Assembly (NCBI RefSeq): GCF_006345805.1
Contig: NC_043006.1
Coordinates: 48,918,001-48,982,000, forward strand
DNA from: Octopus sinensis
Lineage: Eukaryota
Length of the DNA: 64,000 nucleotides
Reading direction: 5' to 3'
Shown here: piece by piece, positions 11,992 through 25,960 of the stretch
Position numbering within the stretch: the first letter of the stretch is position 1
How the letters are laid out: each line of letters opens with the position of its first letter
Program-made: the position numbers and the translations under genes
The notes under the pieces: generated by a model
Told to the model about the DNA's origin: nothing
The model's database searches: none
The model's input: the letters and a program-made list of their open reading frames with translations, nothing else

Positions 11992-12661
11992 CTGCAACAC
12001 AAAGAGAAGAACCATTATAAAAATCTTTATAATATCGGAATGGTAGAGGGCTGAGTTTTGTAAGAGAAGAAGAAATCTCTGAAAACGACAAGCATTTATA
12101 AAACTGTATTTCATTTACTATGTGGTGTTGAAACTATAATGATATCTGATCGGCAGCTGATGATGCACATATATGTTTGATACTTGGGTTTGGGACCTGG
12201 CTGACATGGAGGGAGGAAGGGAGATGAGGAGGAGGAGGAGTAATACTCTTAAACAAACCCTTCCTCAGTAACAGCAACAACAGCAACCTGTATAAATACC
12301 TTCAGCAATGACACCAACATCGCCAAAGCAAAGGCAACGAAGAGATTATGGCATGAGGGAGTCACCGAAAGGAATAAAATCATATCCAAACAATACAGAG
12401 CAGCACAAACTACTTTACACTCTTCTACCTTACTGCTGTAAGATGTATATGTCCACCTAGTACTTATACACTCAATTCTCATGTGCTCCTTCTGTTACTT
12501 ATGATACATTAGTATCAGATAACATTTCCATGGCATTGATAATCAGTGCAAACATTGAAATAAATTTGAACCAGAAAAACCATGAGCCAATGAGTAATTT
12601 TTGTAATTATAGACTTTTAAGGATAGCTTAATTAATTAGCACTAACTAACATTTCAGTTAC

Positions 12662-12674
12662 GATGTGGTTTCAT
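12662..12674 (-). CDS. Candidate first coding micro-exon of Atos (ATG AAA CCA CAT C, MKPH)
   Basis: Phase-1 end fits the 11991 acceptor and gives MKPHHLQQNM; recalled human FAM214A starts MKPDRD. Donor GTAACT is weak. Confidence 0.25.
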
Positions 12675-13068
12675 TATATAAAAGGAAATGCTTCATAATA
12701 TATAAACGAAATGACATACACACATAAATATATATATATGTATGTATTTACACACAACACACACACATACACACACACACATATATACATACAGGTATGT
12801 GTATGATGTATGTATATATATATACACACACACATACATATATATGTATATATATACACACACACATACATACATATAAATGAGTAACAAAGTACCTAAT
12901 TGAAGTACCTTATTCAACTCAATCTAAATTATATATATATATATATATACATACAGGTATGTGTATGTATGTATACACACACACACATATATACACACAT
13001 ATATATGGGTATGTATATATATATAAATGGATAATATGTGTGGGTGTACATATAGTTATGTGTGTGTG

Positions 13069-13110
<42 letters not shown>

Positions 13111-13209
13111 ATCGCGTGTGTATATGTATAGGTACATACATATAATTATACAAGTATATAAGTATATATATAAATATATATACATATATATATGAATGAA
13201 TATATGTAA

Positions 13210-13258
<49 letters not shown>

Positions 13259-13309
13259 TAAATATAAATAAATGGGTGTATATGTATGTATATATATATA
13301 ATATATATA

Positions 13310-13356
<47 letters not shown>

Positions 13357-13840
13357 TATGGATTTGTATATATAGACACACATGTATTATCATCATCATT
13401 ATTGCTTTGACATTTACCATTTTATGCTACCATGAGTCAGAAGGAATCCACTGAGGCAGATTTTCTATGCCAAGTAGCTCTTTCTGCTGTTAACCCTCAC
13501 CTGTTTCCCAGCAGGTGGCCGGACATATTTCTTTGCAAGTTTGGAAAGAAACAACGCTGCTTGTTATTATTCGATGTCAAAACACACACACATTCATATC
13601 TGTTTATTATCAGTAAATCGTAAATTTGAAACAGAAGCAAACTGTTTAAGTTATACAGCAATAGAGTACGTAGATAAAGATAGCTATGGCCGCTTCATGG
13701 GGTTACCCAGGGCCATTAGGGTCTGACAAGACGTATTTAAAGCTAAGTGCTTTCCTGACACAAAACCCAGAGTAACCCTATAAACTGGCCATAAGTATCT
13801 TTTTCTAAATATATATATATATATATATACATATATATAT

Positions 13841-14074
13841 TCTTTTATTCTTTTACTTGTTTAAGTCATTTGACTGTGGCCATGCTGGAGCACAGCCTTT
13901 AGTCGAGCAAATTGACCCCAGGACTTTTTCTTTGTAAGCCTAGTACTTATTCTATCGGTCTCTTTTGTCACACCGCTAAGTTACAGCGATGTAAACACAG
14001 CAGCATCACTTGTCAAGTGATGTTGGGGTTGGGGGGAGAACAAACACACACACACACATACACATATCTATCTA

Positions 14075-14105
<31 letters not shown>

Positions 14106-14235
14106 GACAGGCTTCTTTCAGTTTCTGTCTACCAAATCCACTCATAGGGCTTTGGTTAACCCAAGGCTATAGTAGAAGACACTTGCCCAGGGTGCTACGT
14201 AGTGGGACTGAACCCAGAACCACATGATTGTTAAG
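13841..14235 (-). mobile_element. SINE family A
   Basis: Full-length consensus match. Confidence 0.85.
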
Positions 14236-14609
14236 TAGGCTACTTACCACACAGCTTATATATACACAAACATTGGAATTCTTTCAGTTTTCATCTACCA
14301 AATCCACTTATAAGTGGTCAGCCCAGGGTTATAGTGGAAGTAAAACACACTGAACCTAAAGTCATGCCAGCAAGGTGGAGGGGGGACAAGTGGAGGGGAA
14401 CAGGTGGGGGAGGAGATTAGAAGGGCTGGTTTGAAAAAGGAGGACGCCCCATTGAGGTAGATCCGCCCCCCCCCCACCCGCAACGGGAACAAAGCCCAGA
14501 TTTAAAACACTGGATGATGATGATGATGATACATACACATATATACATGCACATGCATATACAGACATACACACAAATATGTGTGTGTATGTGTATATAC
14601 ACACACACA

Positions 14610-14648
<39 letters not shown>

Positions 14649-15625
14649 GCATACAAATAGTCATGCTTCTGACTGTTTGTGGAAGAGGAATGGGGGGGAT
14701 ACCATATCCATAGCAACAAGCTGGGTGTTTTCTAGCATACATACTCATGGAAAATAATACTATGATGATGATGATGATGATGATGATGACGGTGGTAGCG
14801 GCGGTGGTAGTGGTGGTGGTGGTGGTCGTCGTCGTCGTTGGTGATAAAGATTTCAACAACAGTAGCAATATCAACAAGGAGGAGGTGGGGACCAATAAAG
14901 GAACCTGTGCGTGGTCATTAACCCTGCTAGAAATAGCAGATAAATCTCTTCTAAATAAGATTTATCGATTAGCGCAATACAGGAACCAACATCTATAACA
15001 ACAGTAAGTCTCTATATAGTCGATCGATTTGCTAGAAATAACAGCCAAATCTCGTTAACATTTTCATTACAAATTCCTGCAGAGATACAATGTTCTTTGT
15101 TTATTAATTTTAAAATTAATGAAGAAATTTGGTAAAATAACTAAATTATTATACTGGGTTTTCGAGCATAAATTAGCACGAGATTTTTTAATGAAATGTC
15201 TTAATTTAAATCTCTTTAAAACAGGAAGTTTTGTACCGTAGAATCAGGGTGGGAGGGCAGTATCGGACAGGTGTAGTGGATGCATGATGTCGAAGAAAGG
15301 GGCGGGGTGGTCATGGTTGGAACCACTTTGATCACAGATCTGGGACCAAACAACAATAACAACAACAACAACAAAAACTACAATCAAAACAGCGAAATTA
15401 ACAGCAGCAGTAATACTGTATGTAACTAGATCAAGTGGTAGGAAGAGGCTTGAGGTGCACGAGCACTTATAATGTTTTTATATATTTAGAGACCCAAATG
15501 TCCCAATTCCCTCTGTCTCACTCTCCCTACCCTTTCTTTCTTCCTTTCTATTTATTTATGCATTTTTTCTCCCCGCCCCCTTTTGCCCTATTTCTCCAGT
15601 GTTTCACATAGCATCTATTGTATGT

Positions 15626-15665
<40 letters not shown>

Positions 15666-15867
15666 GAGCAGATCAATAACCACTTCTTTCCGTAGCACCA
15701 CCAACATTTATTTGCCTAACAAAGGTACATGTGTTTCAGACACACAACAAATACACGCGAATACATTATCGTGTTTACGCACTGACGTGTATATTTCTGC
15801 CGTCCGAGATGCATAAATTCGCATACATTGACACAGATATTCAAATTTAGTGCACTGACACAAATAC

Positions 15868-15940
<73 letters not shown>

Positions 15941-16078
15941 ATCTACATATAATATATATATATATATACACATACACACACACCCATATATAATATATAT
16001 ACATATATATACATACATATATATATACATATATATATATACACATATATATATATATATACATATATATATATCCAC

Positions 16079-16109
<31 letters not shown>

Positions 16110-16170
16110 CACATATATATACTATATATATATACACAATATATATAATATATACACTATATATATATAC

Positions 16171-16201
<31 letters not shown>

Positions 16202-16413
16202 CAATATATATATACTATAAATATATACATATATATATACATATACATATATATATATATACATATACATATATACATATATACATATATATACATATAC
16301 ATATATATGTATATATACACACATATACATATATATACATATATTATATATACATATATATATATATACATATACATATATATGTCTATCATACCACATA
16401 TACATATATATAC

Positions 16414-16446
<33 letters not shown>

Positions 16447-16488
16447 CTATATATATACATATATACATACACATATACATATATATAC

Positions 16489-16527
<39 letters not shown>

Positions 16528-16574
16528 ATATTATATATATACATATATACATACACATATACATATATACATCC

Positions 16575-16605
<31 letters not shown>

Positions 16606-16860
16606 ACACACACATATATATACACATACACATATATACACACACATATATATGTGTGCGTGTACATATATAGAGACAACACATATATAGACAATATATA
16701 GCTATACATACAAGCATAGTTACATATATACACACATACACACACACACATATATATACATACATATACACACATACACACAAATATATATACGTACATA
16801 TATATACACACACACATATACATACACATACACATATATACATACACACACACACACATA
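15868..16860. repeat. Compound (TCTA)n/(TA)n/(CA)n microsatellite; similar blocks at 3940-4620, 12700-13380, 27050-27355, 35740-36100, 49730-49880, 53800-54070
   Basis: Visible directly; source of the YIYI/LSIY ORFs. Confidence 0.95.
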
Positions 16861-16938
16861 TATCTTTGCCTCACACACATCACAAAGGGTGAAAGTTATT
16901 AAGTTTCACCTTGTGCTTTTCTGACCACCACCGTTTAT

Positions 16939-16972
<34 letters not shown>

Positions 16973-17152
16973 GTGTGTGTGTGTGTGTGTATTTATGCAT
17001 ATACTAATTTGTATCGCATTCTAAAATCAAGATAATGTTTATTCACTGGAATACATATACCCATATATGTTAAATGCTATCTATCTATCTATCTATCTAC
17101 ATAGATAGATATATAGATAGATAGATATATCTATATATCAATATATCTATCT

Positions 17153-17192
<40 letters not shown>

Positions 17193-17389
17193 TACACACA
17201 TACAAAGATATACATTTCACATTTCTAATGAATCTATTATTATAGCCATTAGTAAAGTAGCATTTTAATTGTTTTATATCTACCAATAGATATTACACAC
17301 ACACACTGAACTTTTCAATACCCTGAATCAAATTTCTTCTCTAAAAGTATTGTTCTCTCTTAAAAGTCTATCTATACACCCATTCTTCA

Positions 17390-17427
<38 letters not shown>

Positions 17428-17880
17428 CTATATATATATATATATATATATATAGGTATGTTGATGCAAGCAGGAAAACATACACAAAATATGAGTATAT
17501 GTATATTTTTATTAATGAGTAACAGAAACTCTCAGACCTTGAGTCATTCTGTTACCTCTGCTAATATTATTATTATTATTATTATCATTATTATTATCAT
17601 TATTATTTTTATTATTATATGTATGTGTGCGCGCACACATACACGCATTATGCAACCTGAGCCAGTGTTTTTTTCTCAAAGGTGATTGAAAAGGGTGCGA
17701 ACACATTGCTATTTTTAATAAAAAGAGAGAAAGCTAGAAAGAAAGAGAGAAAGAAAAGTAAAAAGAAAATATTGAAGATGGTCTGAAAATATTCTAAAAC
17801 TAGTCGACACCATGGCGAAGAAAGGAGAATATATATACATTGATACAAAGCCCGTTTTCTCTTCTCATTTATGAAACAGC

Positions 17881-17925
<45 letters not shown>

Positions 17926-17947
17926 CAAAATATTGCAGTATTTATTA

Positions 17948-17987
<40 letters not shown>

Positions 17988-18499
17988 GAGGGCGAATAGT
18001 GAGTGTTGTGCTGGTATTTGACAGTTTGAAAGCCCTGGCTGCCCTAATTCACTTCGTCACACTCAAAGAATGGAACCCTTCTCAAAGCTTTAAACATCGC
18101 ACTAGATAGATAAATAAAGGTAGATATGATAAATAACTGGCATGAAATAGCGTGAAACACGGGTGGTAGAAGATGAACGCCACCACAGCCGCCAACAATA
18201 ACAACAACAACAACGCCACCACCGTCATCGTCCTAACAAATAACAAGTCATAATAATAATAATGATAACACACATCAGCAGCAGATATGGCTTGCTGTTG
18301 CATCATAACGGTTGCAGGAAGAGACAGAAGAAATTAGGCTAGAAAAGAAGAATACGGTGCAGTGGAGGAGGGGCGGAACTGGAGGAGTTTTAGGAGGCAA
18401 CGACCTCAAAACTAGGTCTGGAATAGTTGTGGCACGTGTGGGTGCGTTTATAGGGGAAGGAGTGCTTATATGGACCTGTACAAGTTTGTATGTGTGAAG

Positions 18500-19290
18500 C
18501 GTGCGTGTCTTTAATGTGGATGCGCGCATTTTTTTCATGTGTGCCGTTCGTTTATGTGTGGATGGGCGTGGACTCTTTTTAGTATATGTGTGCGCACGCA
18601 TTTCTGCGTGTGCGCGCGCGCATTTCTGCGTGTGCGCGCGCGCATTTCTGCGTGTGTGCGCGCGCGCGCATTACTATGTGTGAGCATTTATATGTGCGTG
18701 TGCACGTGACTCGTTTTGTGTGAACGTATATTGATTCGTGCGTGCGTGCGTGCGCGCCTTTTGCATATGTGTGCGTTAATGTATATGTGTGTGTGTGTGA
18801 GTGGGTGTGTGTGCACGTTTTTGTACAAGTGCATGTGCACCCTTTTCTATGAGAGCGTGTGCACTTTTATGTACGCGTAATCGCCTTTATATGCGTGCGT
18901 GTACGATTTTATATGTATGGGTGTGCGTTTCTATATGCGTGCATGTATGCGTTTATTTGTATATGTATGCGCTTTTATATGCGTGTGTGTGCGATTTTTA
19001 TGTGCGTGCGTCTGCGTTTTTATACGTGTGTGTGTGCGTGCAAGCTTTTCATATATGAGTATGCGTTTTTTTGTCTATGTGGGTGCGTGCTTTCATATGC
19101 GTATGTATCCGTGTGTGCGCTTATGTATTTTTGCATGTATAATTGATGCGCGTTTCGCATGTATGCGTGTACGTATTGTGTACGCGTGCGTATTTGGATG
19201 TGTACACGTGTATTTGTTTTGTTTTGTTATTTTGTGCGTATGTATAAATATATGCACATATATATTTGTGTGTGCGATATATATATATGT
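18500..19290. repeat. CpG-rich alternating (TG/CG) low-complexity tract
   Basis: gtgtgcgcgcgcgcatttctgc tandem near 18590-18670, degenerate gtgcgt repeats beyond. Confidence 0.85.
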
Positions 19291-20166
19291 ACGTACGTCT
19301 GCCAGGAATGGGGAGAACCTATCTCTTTCTATCAACCACACCCATCACAAGGCAACCGCTATGTGGTCGCACGAGAAGCTAGAAATAGCAATCAGCTCTT
19401 TCCAAAGTCACATGAAACCGTTTTTGAAAAAAGGACGCATTATATAATGTAACCAGAAGTACAATATATTTGAGAGAAAGAAAAGAGACGGGATGGTCAT
19501 GGTTGAAACACTCTTGATTGTAAATTAGCTCGGGATCAGGGCTAAACTGGATTAAAAAACAATAACAACAATTATTGCTACTCTCACTCCAGAAAAAAAA
19601 CGTAAACTCCAGATGGACACACCTACTTTTATAGAAGTAGAAACGAATTAGGAGGAGCGAGGTAGCAGCACAGATAAAGGCGGGGCATATGCAAATGTAA
19701 TGAGGGGAAATATAAAATATGCAGAGAAAACACCCAGCTGATAGCGAGGAAAAGGAAGAGGAAGAGGAGGGAGTCAGAGAAGTAGAGAGATGTAGACTGA
19801 GGGGGAGTAAGAAATGACGTAACAGAGAGGTATAAATGTTGAGAGAAGGATACACACACATACACATACATATATAAATATATATTATAGAGAATGGGTA
19901 TGAGAGAGATTGCAGAAAGGGTTTAGGGTTATGCAGTTTAGCCCAGGTTAGCAAAAAAAAAAAAGGTTCCATTTATGACCATCCCGTCTTTTTTGTTAGA
20001 ATATGTCCTTCTTTCTCAAGAAAATAAGGTATTATTTGAAGGAGATTTGGCTGCTAATTGTAGCAGGTCGAATGATTTACTAAGAGGCTTTCTGTTCGTA
20101 TGTATGAATACGAGTTATTTACATAGTGTGAACAAAGAGAAGTCAAGTAAAAAATATAGAAGTGTA

Positions 20167-20255
<89 letters not shown>

Positions 20256-20999
20256 AAGAGAGACAGACAGACAGAAAGAAAGACAGACAGACAGATAACA
20301 AGGAGAGAGGGATGTATACAGAGGGGTGCAAAGAATAATAGAAGTATACACAGTGAAGAAGTAACAGATGAGTGGAGTGAACGACGTAAAGAGATAAAGA
20401 AAGAGTAAGCGTGAGTGTGAGCATGAGTGCGTATGTGAGAGAAAAAGAAGAGGGAGAGGAGGTGACAATGGAGAATGTAAGGTGTCGCAGTATCGGAGTG
20501 GATAAATGAGTGGCATGCTTATTAAAAGATTGTGAGTTCAAATTCCGCTCGGTGTTTGCCCTGGCCATCTTAACGCTCTGGCTCTCCTGTGTAATATATA
20601 TAACACTCAGGATATTTTCCCCTGGCGTCTATGCATCATATATGATACACAGTACCATTTTGTTCTTTCAACCACCGGAGTAAGTCGAGACTTATGAAAG
20701 GAAAGCTTTATATTACTCAGAACGACTAACTAAAATTCTGAAAACAAGCCTGGACGTTTAGGAGAGACTTATGAATATGCTTTGACGAAGTAAAGGGTTA
20801 ACAGTTAACAATAAGAAAAGAGATACGATCAAATGTATTTTCCAGCCATGTTCCGTCTATCTTCTTTTTAAGCATAAAATAGTGCATATAGGAACCATAT
20901 TATGTAAATATATCCTTCAATTTTTTTCAAAAACGTAGTGTATGATTTTAAGAAGATTTGGTTTCAGTTTCAGCTGTTGTGACATAAAGGCACTCCCCT

Positions 21000-21560
21000 T
21001 GTGACAGTTCAATCTACTGTGACACAGTTATGTTTCTGTTTTAGATGCAACCCCCAGTGACGGTTTTATCTGCTGCAACACAGTTATGTTTGTGATATAG
21101 ATGCAGCCCCTAGAGACAGGTGTATCTGTTGTGACACAGTTATGTTTGTGATCTAGATGCAGCCCCTAGAGACAGCTGTATCTGTTGTGACACAGTTATG
21201 TTTGTGATATAGATGCAGCCCCTAGAGACAGTTGTATCTGTTGTGACACAGTTATGTTTGTGATACAAATGCAGCCCCTAGTGACAGCTGTATCTGTTGT
21301 GACACAATTATGTTTGTGATACAGATGCATTCCCAAGTGACAGTTCTATCTGCTGTGACACGGTTATGTTTGTGTTTTAGATTCCCCCTCCCACTGGTGA
21401 CAGTTGTATCCACTGAAACAGTTATGTTTGTGACATATATACAACCCCTGATAACAGTTGTTCCTGCTGTGACAGTTACATTTGTCAAATAGATGCCCCC
21501 TCCCTCCACTGAAATTTGTATCTGCCGAGACACAGTTATACTTGTAATAATTCTGGTGAC
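21000..21560. repeat. 56-bp minisatellite, about 10 copies; degenerate related monomers extend to about 23230
   Basis: tagagaca anchor at 21111, 21167, 21223; unit gagacagttgtatctgttgtgacacagttatgtttgtgatatagatgcagccccta. Confidence 0.9.
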
Positions 21561-22664
21561 ACAGTTGTAACTGTTGTAAAATAGATGCACATCAACTGAT
21601 ACAGTTGTACATCTCATGCTACAAATGTACATCTAATAACAGACTTGCGCTGACATAGTTGTATTTCTAACGGTATGCATATACTTCTAATGTAACGGAC
21701 TTTCATCTGGTGATACAAATGTACTGCTGAAACGCATATGCTTCTGAAGATACATGTGTAGCTATAGCAACGCAGGTATAATCTCTAATGACAGATGTAC
21801 CTACAGGAACATGTACCTCTGGGGAACTTACGTCTCTATGAGACACCTATGAGTTACAGATGTACATATGAAGAAATTTATACATTTATGATGACACAAA
21901 TGCACCTAAATGTAACATGATGACAGATAAACACCTAAGAACACAGATATGCCTAGGATAACACAGATGTACCTCGTGTGATACAAATGTACTTATGGTA
22001 CACAGAGGTACATACAGAGGTATTTAAGTCCTTACTGTGACACAGGTATATCGTTAGAGAAACATGTACCAACAAGGACACCCATAGTAAAACTTATGTC
22101 TATGGTGAGGCACATATGTTGACAGAAATATACCTATAGGACACACATGTATTTATGATGATACAGATCTACCTATGGTGATACAGATGGACTTATGGGA
22201 CACATACGTACCTATGGAAACACTTATGAACCTATGCTGACATATATGTAACACTGGAGACTTGTTCCTAAGAGAGGACATGTATCAGTCGAAGCATAGA
22301 CCTACTGTGCTTTCAAATGTAATTGTGACGAAATAGTTTTACCATTGATAAATGTAACTTGGATGTAACACAAGTTACACGATTATATGTACTCTCATCA
22401 ATACGTATAACTTTCAAAACATGTATAATTGTAAATAGATGCACTTTTGACAACATATTTACCTTTGACAGCATAGCTATCTTTGTCAACATATACTGTC
22501 ATCAACATATGTGCCTTTGACAACACATTTTCCTTCATCAAAACATGTTCCTTCAATAATATACATATCTCTGACAACGCAAGTTACCTTCGTCAATAGA
22601 TACACCTTTCACAACACGTGTACCTTCATCGTTTATAATTGTGAATATGAGCGTGACCGATGCC

Positions 22665-22890
22665 AGTACCGCCTGACTGACCCTCGTGCTGGTGGCACGC
22701 AAAAGCACCCACTACACTCTCGGAGTGGTTGGCGTTAGGAAGGGCATCCAGCTGTAGAAACTTTGCCAGATCAGATCAGATCGGAGACTGGCGCAGCCTT
22801 CTGGTTCGCCAGCCGTCAGTCAAACCGTCCAACCCATGCAAGCATGGAATGCGGACGTTAAACGATGATGAAGATGATGATGATGATGAT
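22665..22890 (+). mobile_element. RTE-type tail element inserted in the minisatellite; other copies 10744-10875(-), 11665-11745(+), 47495-47625(+), 50750-50970(+), 52735-53011(+)
   Basis: Shared ggagtggttggcgttaggaagggcatccagc...gcatggaa.gcggacgttaaacgatgatga. Confidence 0.7.
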
Positions 22891-23772
22891 ATTTTGACAG
22901 CACATTTGTCTTTGACAAATAACCGTACGCTTGACACACATGTACCTTCGTCTTTACGTACATTCAACACACACCTTCGGCAACACATCCGTTTGACGAC
23001 AACACGTCAGGTGCACCTTCACAAACAAAATATTTACTTCTGGTGATGCAGGTGGTATGCATTTGCTGACACCTGTCATACGTGTCAAACACAACAATGG
23101 GGGGAGGGGGGAAATTGACGCTGACAGAAACAGATGACAAACATACCTGCAATGACAGTTGAAAAATGAGTAGGACACGTGTATCTCATGATCGTATGGT
23201 CATCTGTTGACAAATGTCTTTGGTGGTTCAGGCTGTTGCGGTCAAAACAATTTGATTAATTGACAATTTGGAAACATTGACACGAACAGAAAACAGCAGA
23301 GTGCTTGTTGTTTTTGTTGTTATTATTGCTATTTAACCCCAGGCCATGCTTGACTGAGCAGGTTCATGTTGTTACTGACAGTGTTGATGTATAGCTGTAG
23401 GTGTTGCCAGTGTTAATATATTGTTGTTGTTGTTATTGTTAACTGTTGATGTCATTGGCTTTGTTGTTAGTGGTGGTGGTGGTGTTGTTGTTGATAGTGT
23501 TGATAAATTGTTGTTGTTGACAGTGTTGATATATCGCTGTTGCTGTTTACGTTGTGCTACCACTCCTCCTCCTCCTCCTCCTGCTACTACTGCTGCTGAT
23601 GATGATGATGATGAGGAGGAGGAGAAAGATGATGATGTTGGTGGTGATGATTGAGCAAAGATAAGTGAGAAGAGTCACACAGTTTGCTCGACAAAAATAA
23701 TAGAATCCATGAGGTGGTTGCCGTGAAGGAAAGAAAGTGTTGCTGCGGTTCATGTAGAAAATATTGGGAGAT

Positions 23773-23821
<49 letters not shown>

Positions 23822-25202
23822 CGTGAGGTGGGGGTGGGGCGGGGCGGGGAGAGATAGAGATCAATGAAGGTTTGAGAAATATCGATAACAGGAACTCGAT
23901 GTAACGATATGAGGTGGTGGAGATAAGAAAATAGAAAAACTATTGGAGGCAAGCTTTTACTGAAAGAGAAGAAAGAGAAAGAAAGAAAGAAAGAATGAGA
24001 AGGAGGGAGGGAGAAAGAATGGGGGGAGTAATCGGAGATTGAAGGAAGTTCGATGAAAGGGGCGGGGTATAACAGATTGGTGAGGTGGGGGGGGCGCACT
24101 GGAGAGAAGGTCGTTAGGATGGAGGGAGAATTTAGATTACAGAAACTCCAAAATTTAAAGGACTTTTAATCACAAACACATAACTGTGGTGGTGGTGGTG
24201 GTGGTGGTGGTGGCGGCGGCGGTGGTGGTGACGACGGTGGTTGTGGTTGTTGTAGCGCTGATGGTAATGATGATGATTGTGGTGGACATTTTATGATCAT
24301 ACTAGTGTTTTTCTTATATAACCTAACAACACCTTATTCAGATCTAATTTTAATTATCTTGGCCCTTTTATTGAAATTTTGCCCCATTTATGCAAAGCAT
24401 ATTACACAAATGCACGTGAATATGTTAGTATCAGGGGCTTTGAAAGTTTTCCTTATCTCTGAACAGTATTATAAGACCCACCCACGGGAAAATCTATGCA
24501 CTGGGCCCGATATCATTTATTTATTGACAGCAAGCCACAGCATATATAGATCCATCCAAATTGAGCCCCTAGACCCGAGAGGCTCCTGGATAAATGGCCC
24601 AGTGTGTCCATGCCTTAAGATGGTACTGTCAGTAGGTGAATTTAGTGGCCATCACCCATTACGGAGCCGCACAGATTAGTGTGAAGGAGAAGAGGATAAG
24701 AGGAATGGTATGCTCAAGCTGGAAACCTCGTACGTGCTTTTTTTCTATCGACCCTTGAAAGAAAGAGAAAAAAAGCAAAGTTGACTTCGGTGAGATTTGA
24801 ACTCAGAGCGAACATGTTCACTTTGCGTTTGTAGTATTATTTTTAATGTCCCGATTTCACGTTTTTAATGTACCAGTTTCACTTCGTCAAACTAGCCAAG
24901 CACAAATGTTTGTTTCTGTAGTATAAGCAAAGAGAAAGAAAATTATGTATATAATCTAACTTCATTAATTAAAATTGGGAAATAACCTTGCAATTTATTG
25001 GTAATTTGCTTCATTTAAAAAATTAGGATTCTGCAAAGGGTTTTTTTTTTTGTGGGGTGGTTCCTTATTTTGTTTCGCTTTTTTGCGACAAATGCACAAC
25101 TGCTTGTTCTTTGATATAATTTTCTGGATTACTATAATATTAAAATTGTGATTTACGTTGTTAAGATTATTTAAAAATTACCAGAAATTATTTTTAAAAT
25201 TA

Positions 25203-25568
25203 CCATGATCTCAATTTTTTATAAATTGTGTAAAGACTGGGATACGATTTGTATTGTATAATTAGTGTTTATTCAAAGTTGTAAATAATACGCGAAAGAA
25301 ATATACAAAAACCGAAATCATAAAACGAAACACGATTTAGTTTTCGTTGTTATATAATACACGTACCAATAACGAAAGAACAACACCAAGATCTCAATTT
25401 TCTTTACATCATATAAATACTGAGATGTGGTTTATAAAGTATGTAGTTGTTTTATTCAAGGTTATAAATAATTCGCAAAAGAAATATATAGATATTACAA
25501 GATATATGAAACGAAACAAGATTTAGTTTTTGTTTGTTATAATTCCACATACCAATAACAAACGAATT
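25203..25568. repeat. Old 183-bp tandem duplication
   Basis: cca(t/a)gatctcaatttt at 25203 and 25386 with collinear downstream blocks. Confidence 0.7.
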
Positions 25569-25929
25569 AGGGCAATTTTTTTTAAATGCATATAAGACAT
25601 ATTTAGAAACTATTTATAAAAATATCTCTGATATTTACAATGGTTTAAGTTGATGTTAAAAAATATTCTTCTATATTTCGCCCATTTAATAACTTTTAAC
25701 TTTTCGCATAAATTCAGATCCCTTATAACCATTTTATTTAGCAAGACTGGATCATGAGTACAGAGGTGGTGGTGGTGGTGATGGTATGTGATGAAAGTGG
25801 CTAAGATAATGATGGTGGGGATATTGATGATGGTAGGGGTGGAATCTGGTGGAAGAGGCTAAGATGATGGTGGTGGTGGTGGTAACGACGTTGATAGAAT
25901 AGCAGTCGTAATATTATTATTAGTGTTGC

Positions 25930-25960
<31 letters not shown>

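Noticed and set aside
12165-12200. Other CTGATGA/CTGAAGA words (12165, 36337, 49173, 55973)
   Set aside because: No downstream stem II plus GAAA plus NUH arrangement, so not hammerheads.
12249-12482. 77-aa minus ORF just upstream of the Atos exon
   Set aside because: Its AAG/GTATTT donor is phase 0, incompatible with the phase-1 acceptor; no homology.
12674-16883. Long ORFs rich in YIYI/VCVC/THTH (also 4060-4634, 35626-36518, 53736-54068)
   Set aside because: Translations of (TA)n/(CA)n microsatellites, open only because the repeats lack stops.
21000-21560. CRISPR-like regular repeats (also 30812-31412)
   Set aside because: No unique spacers, eukaryotic context, no cas genes; these are a minisatellite and a SINE multimer.
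24293-24679. 128-aa plus-strand ORF
   Set aside because: No recognisable domain, no splice support; its 3' part resembles a MITE end.
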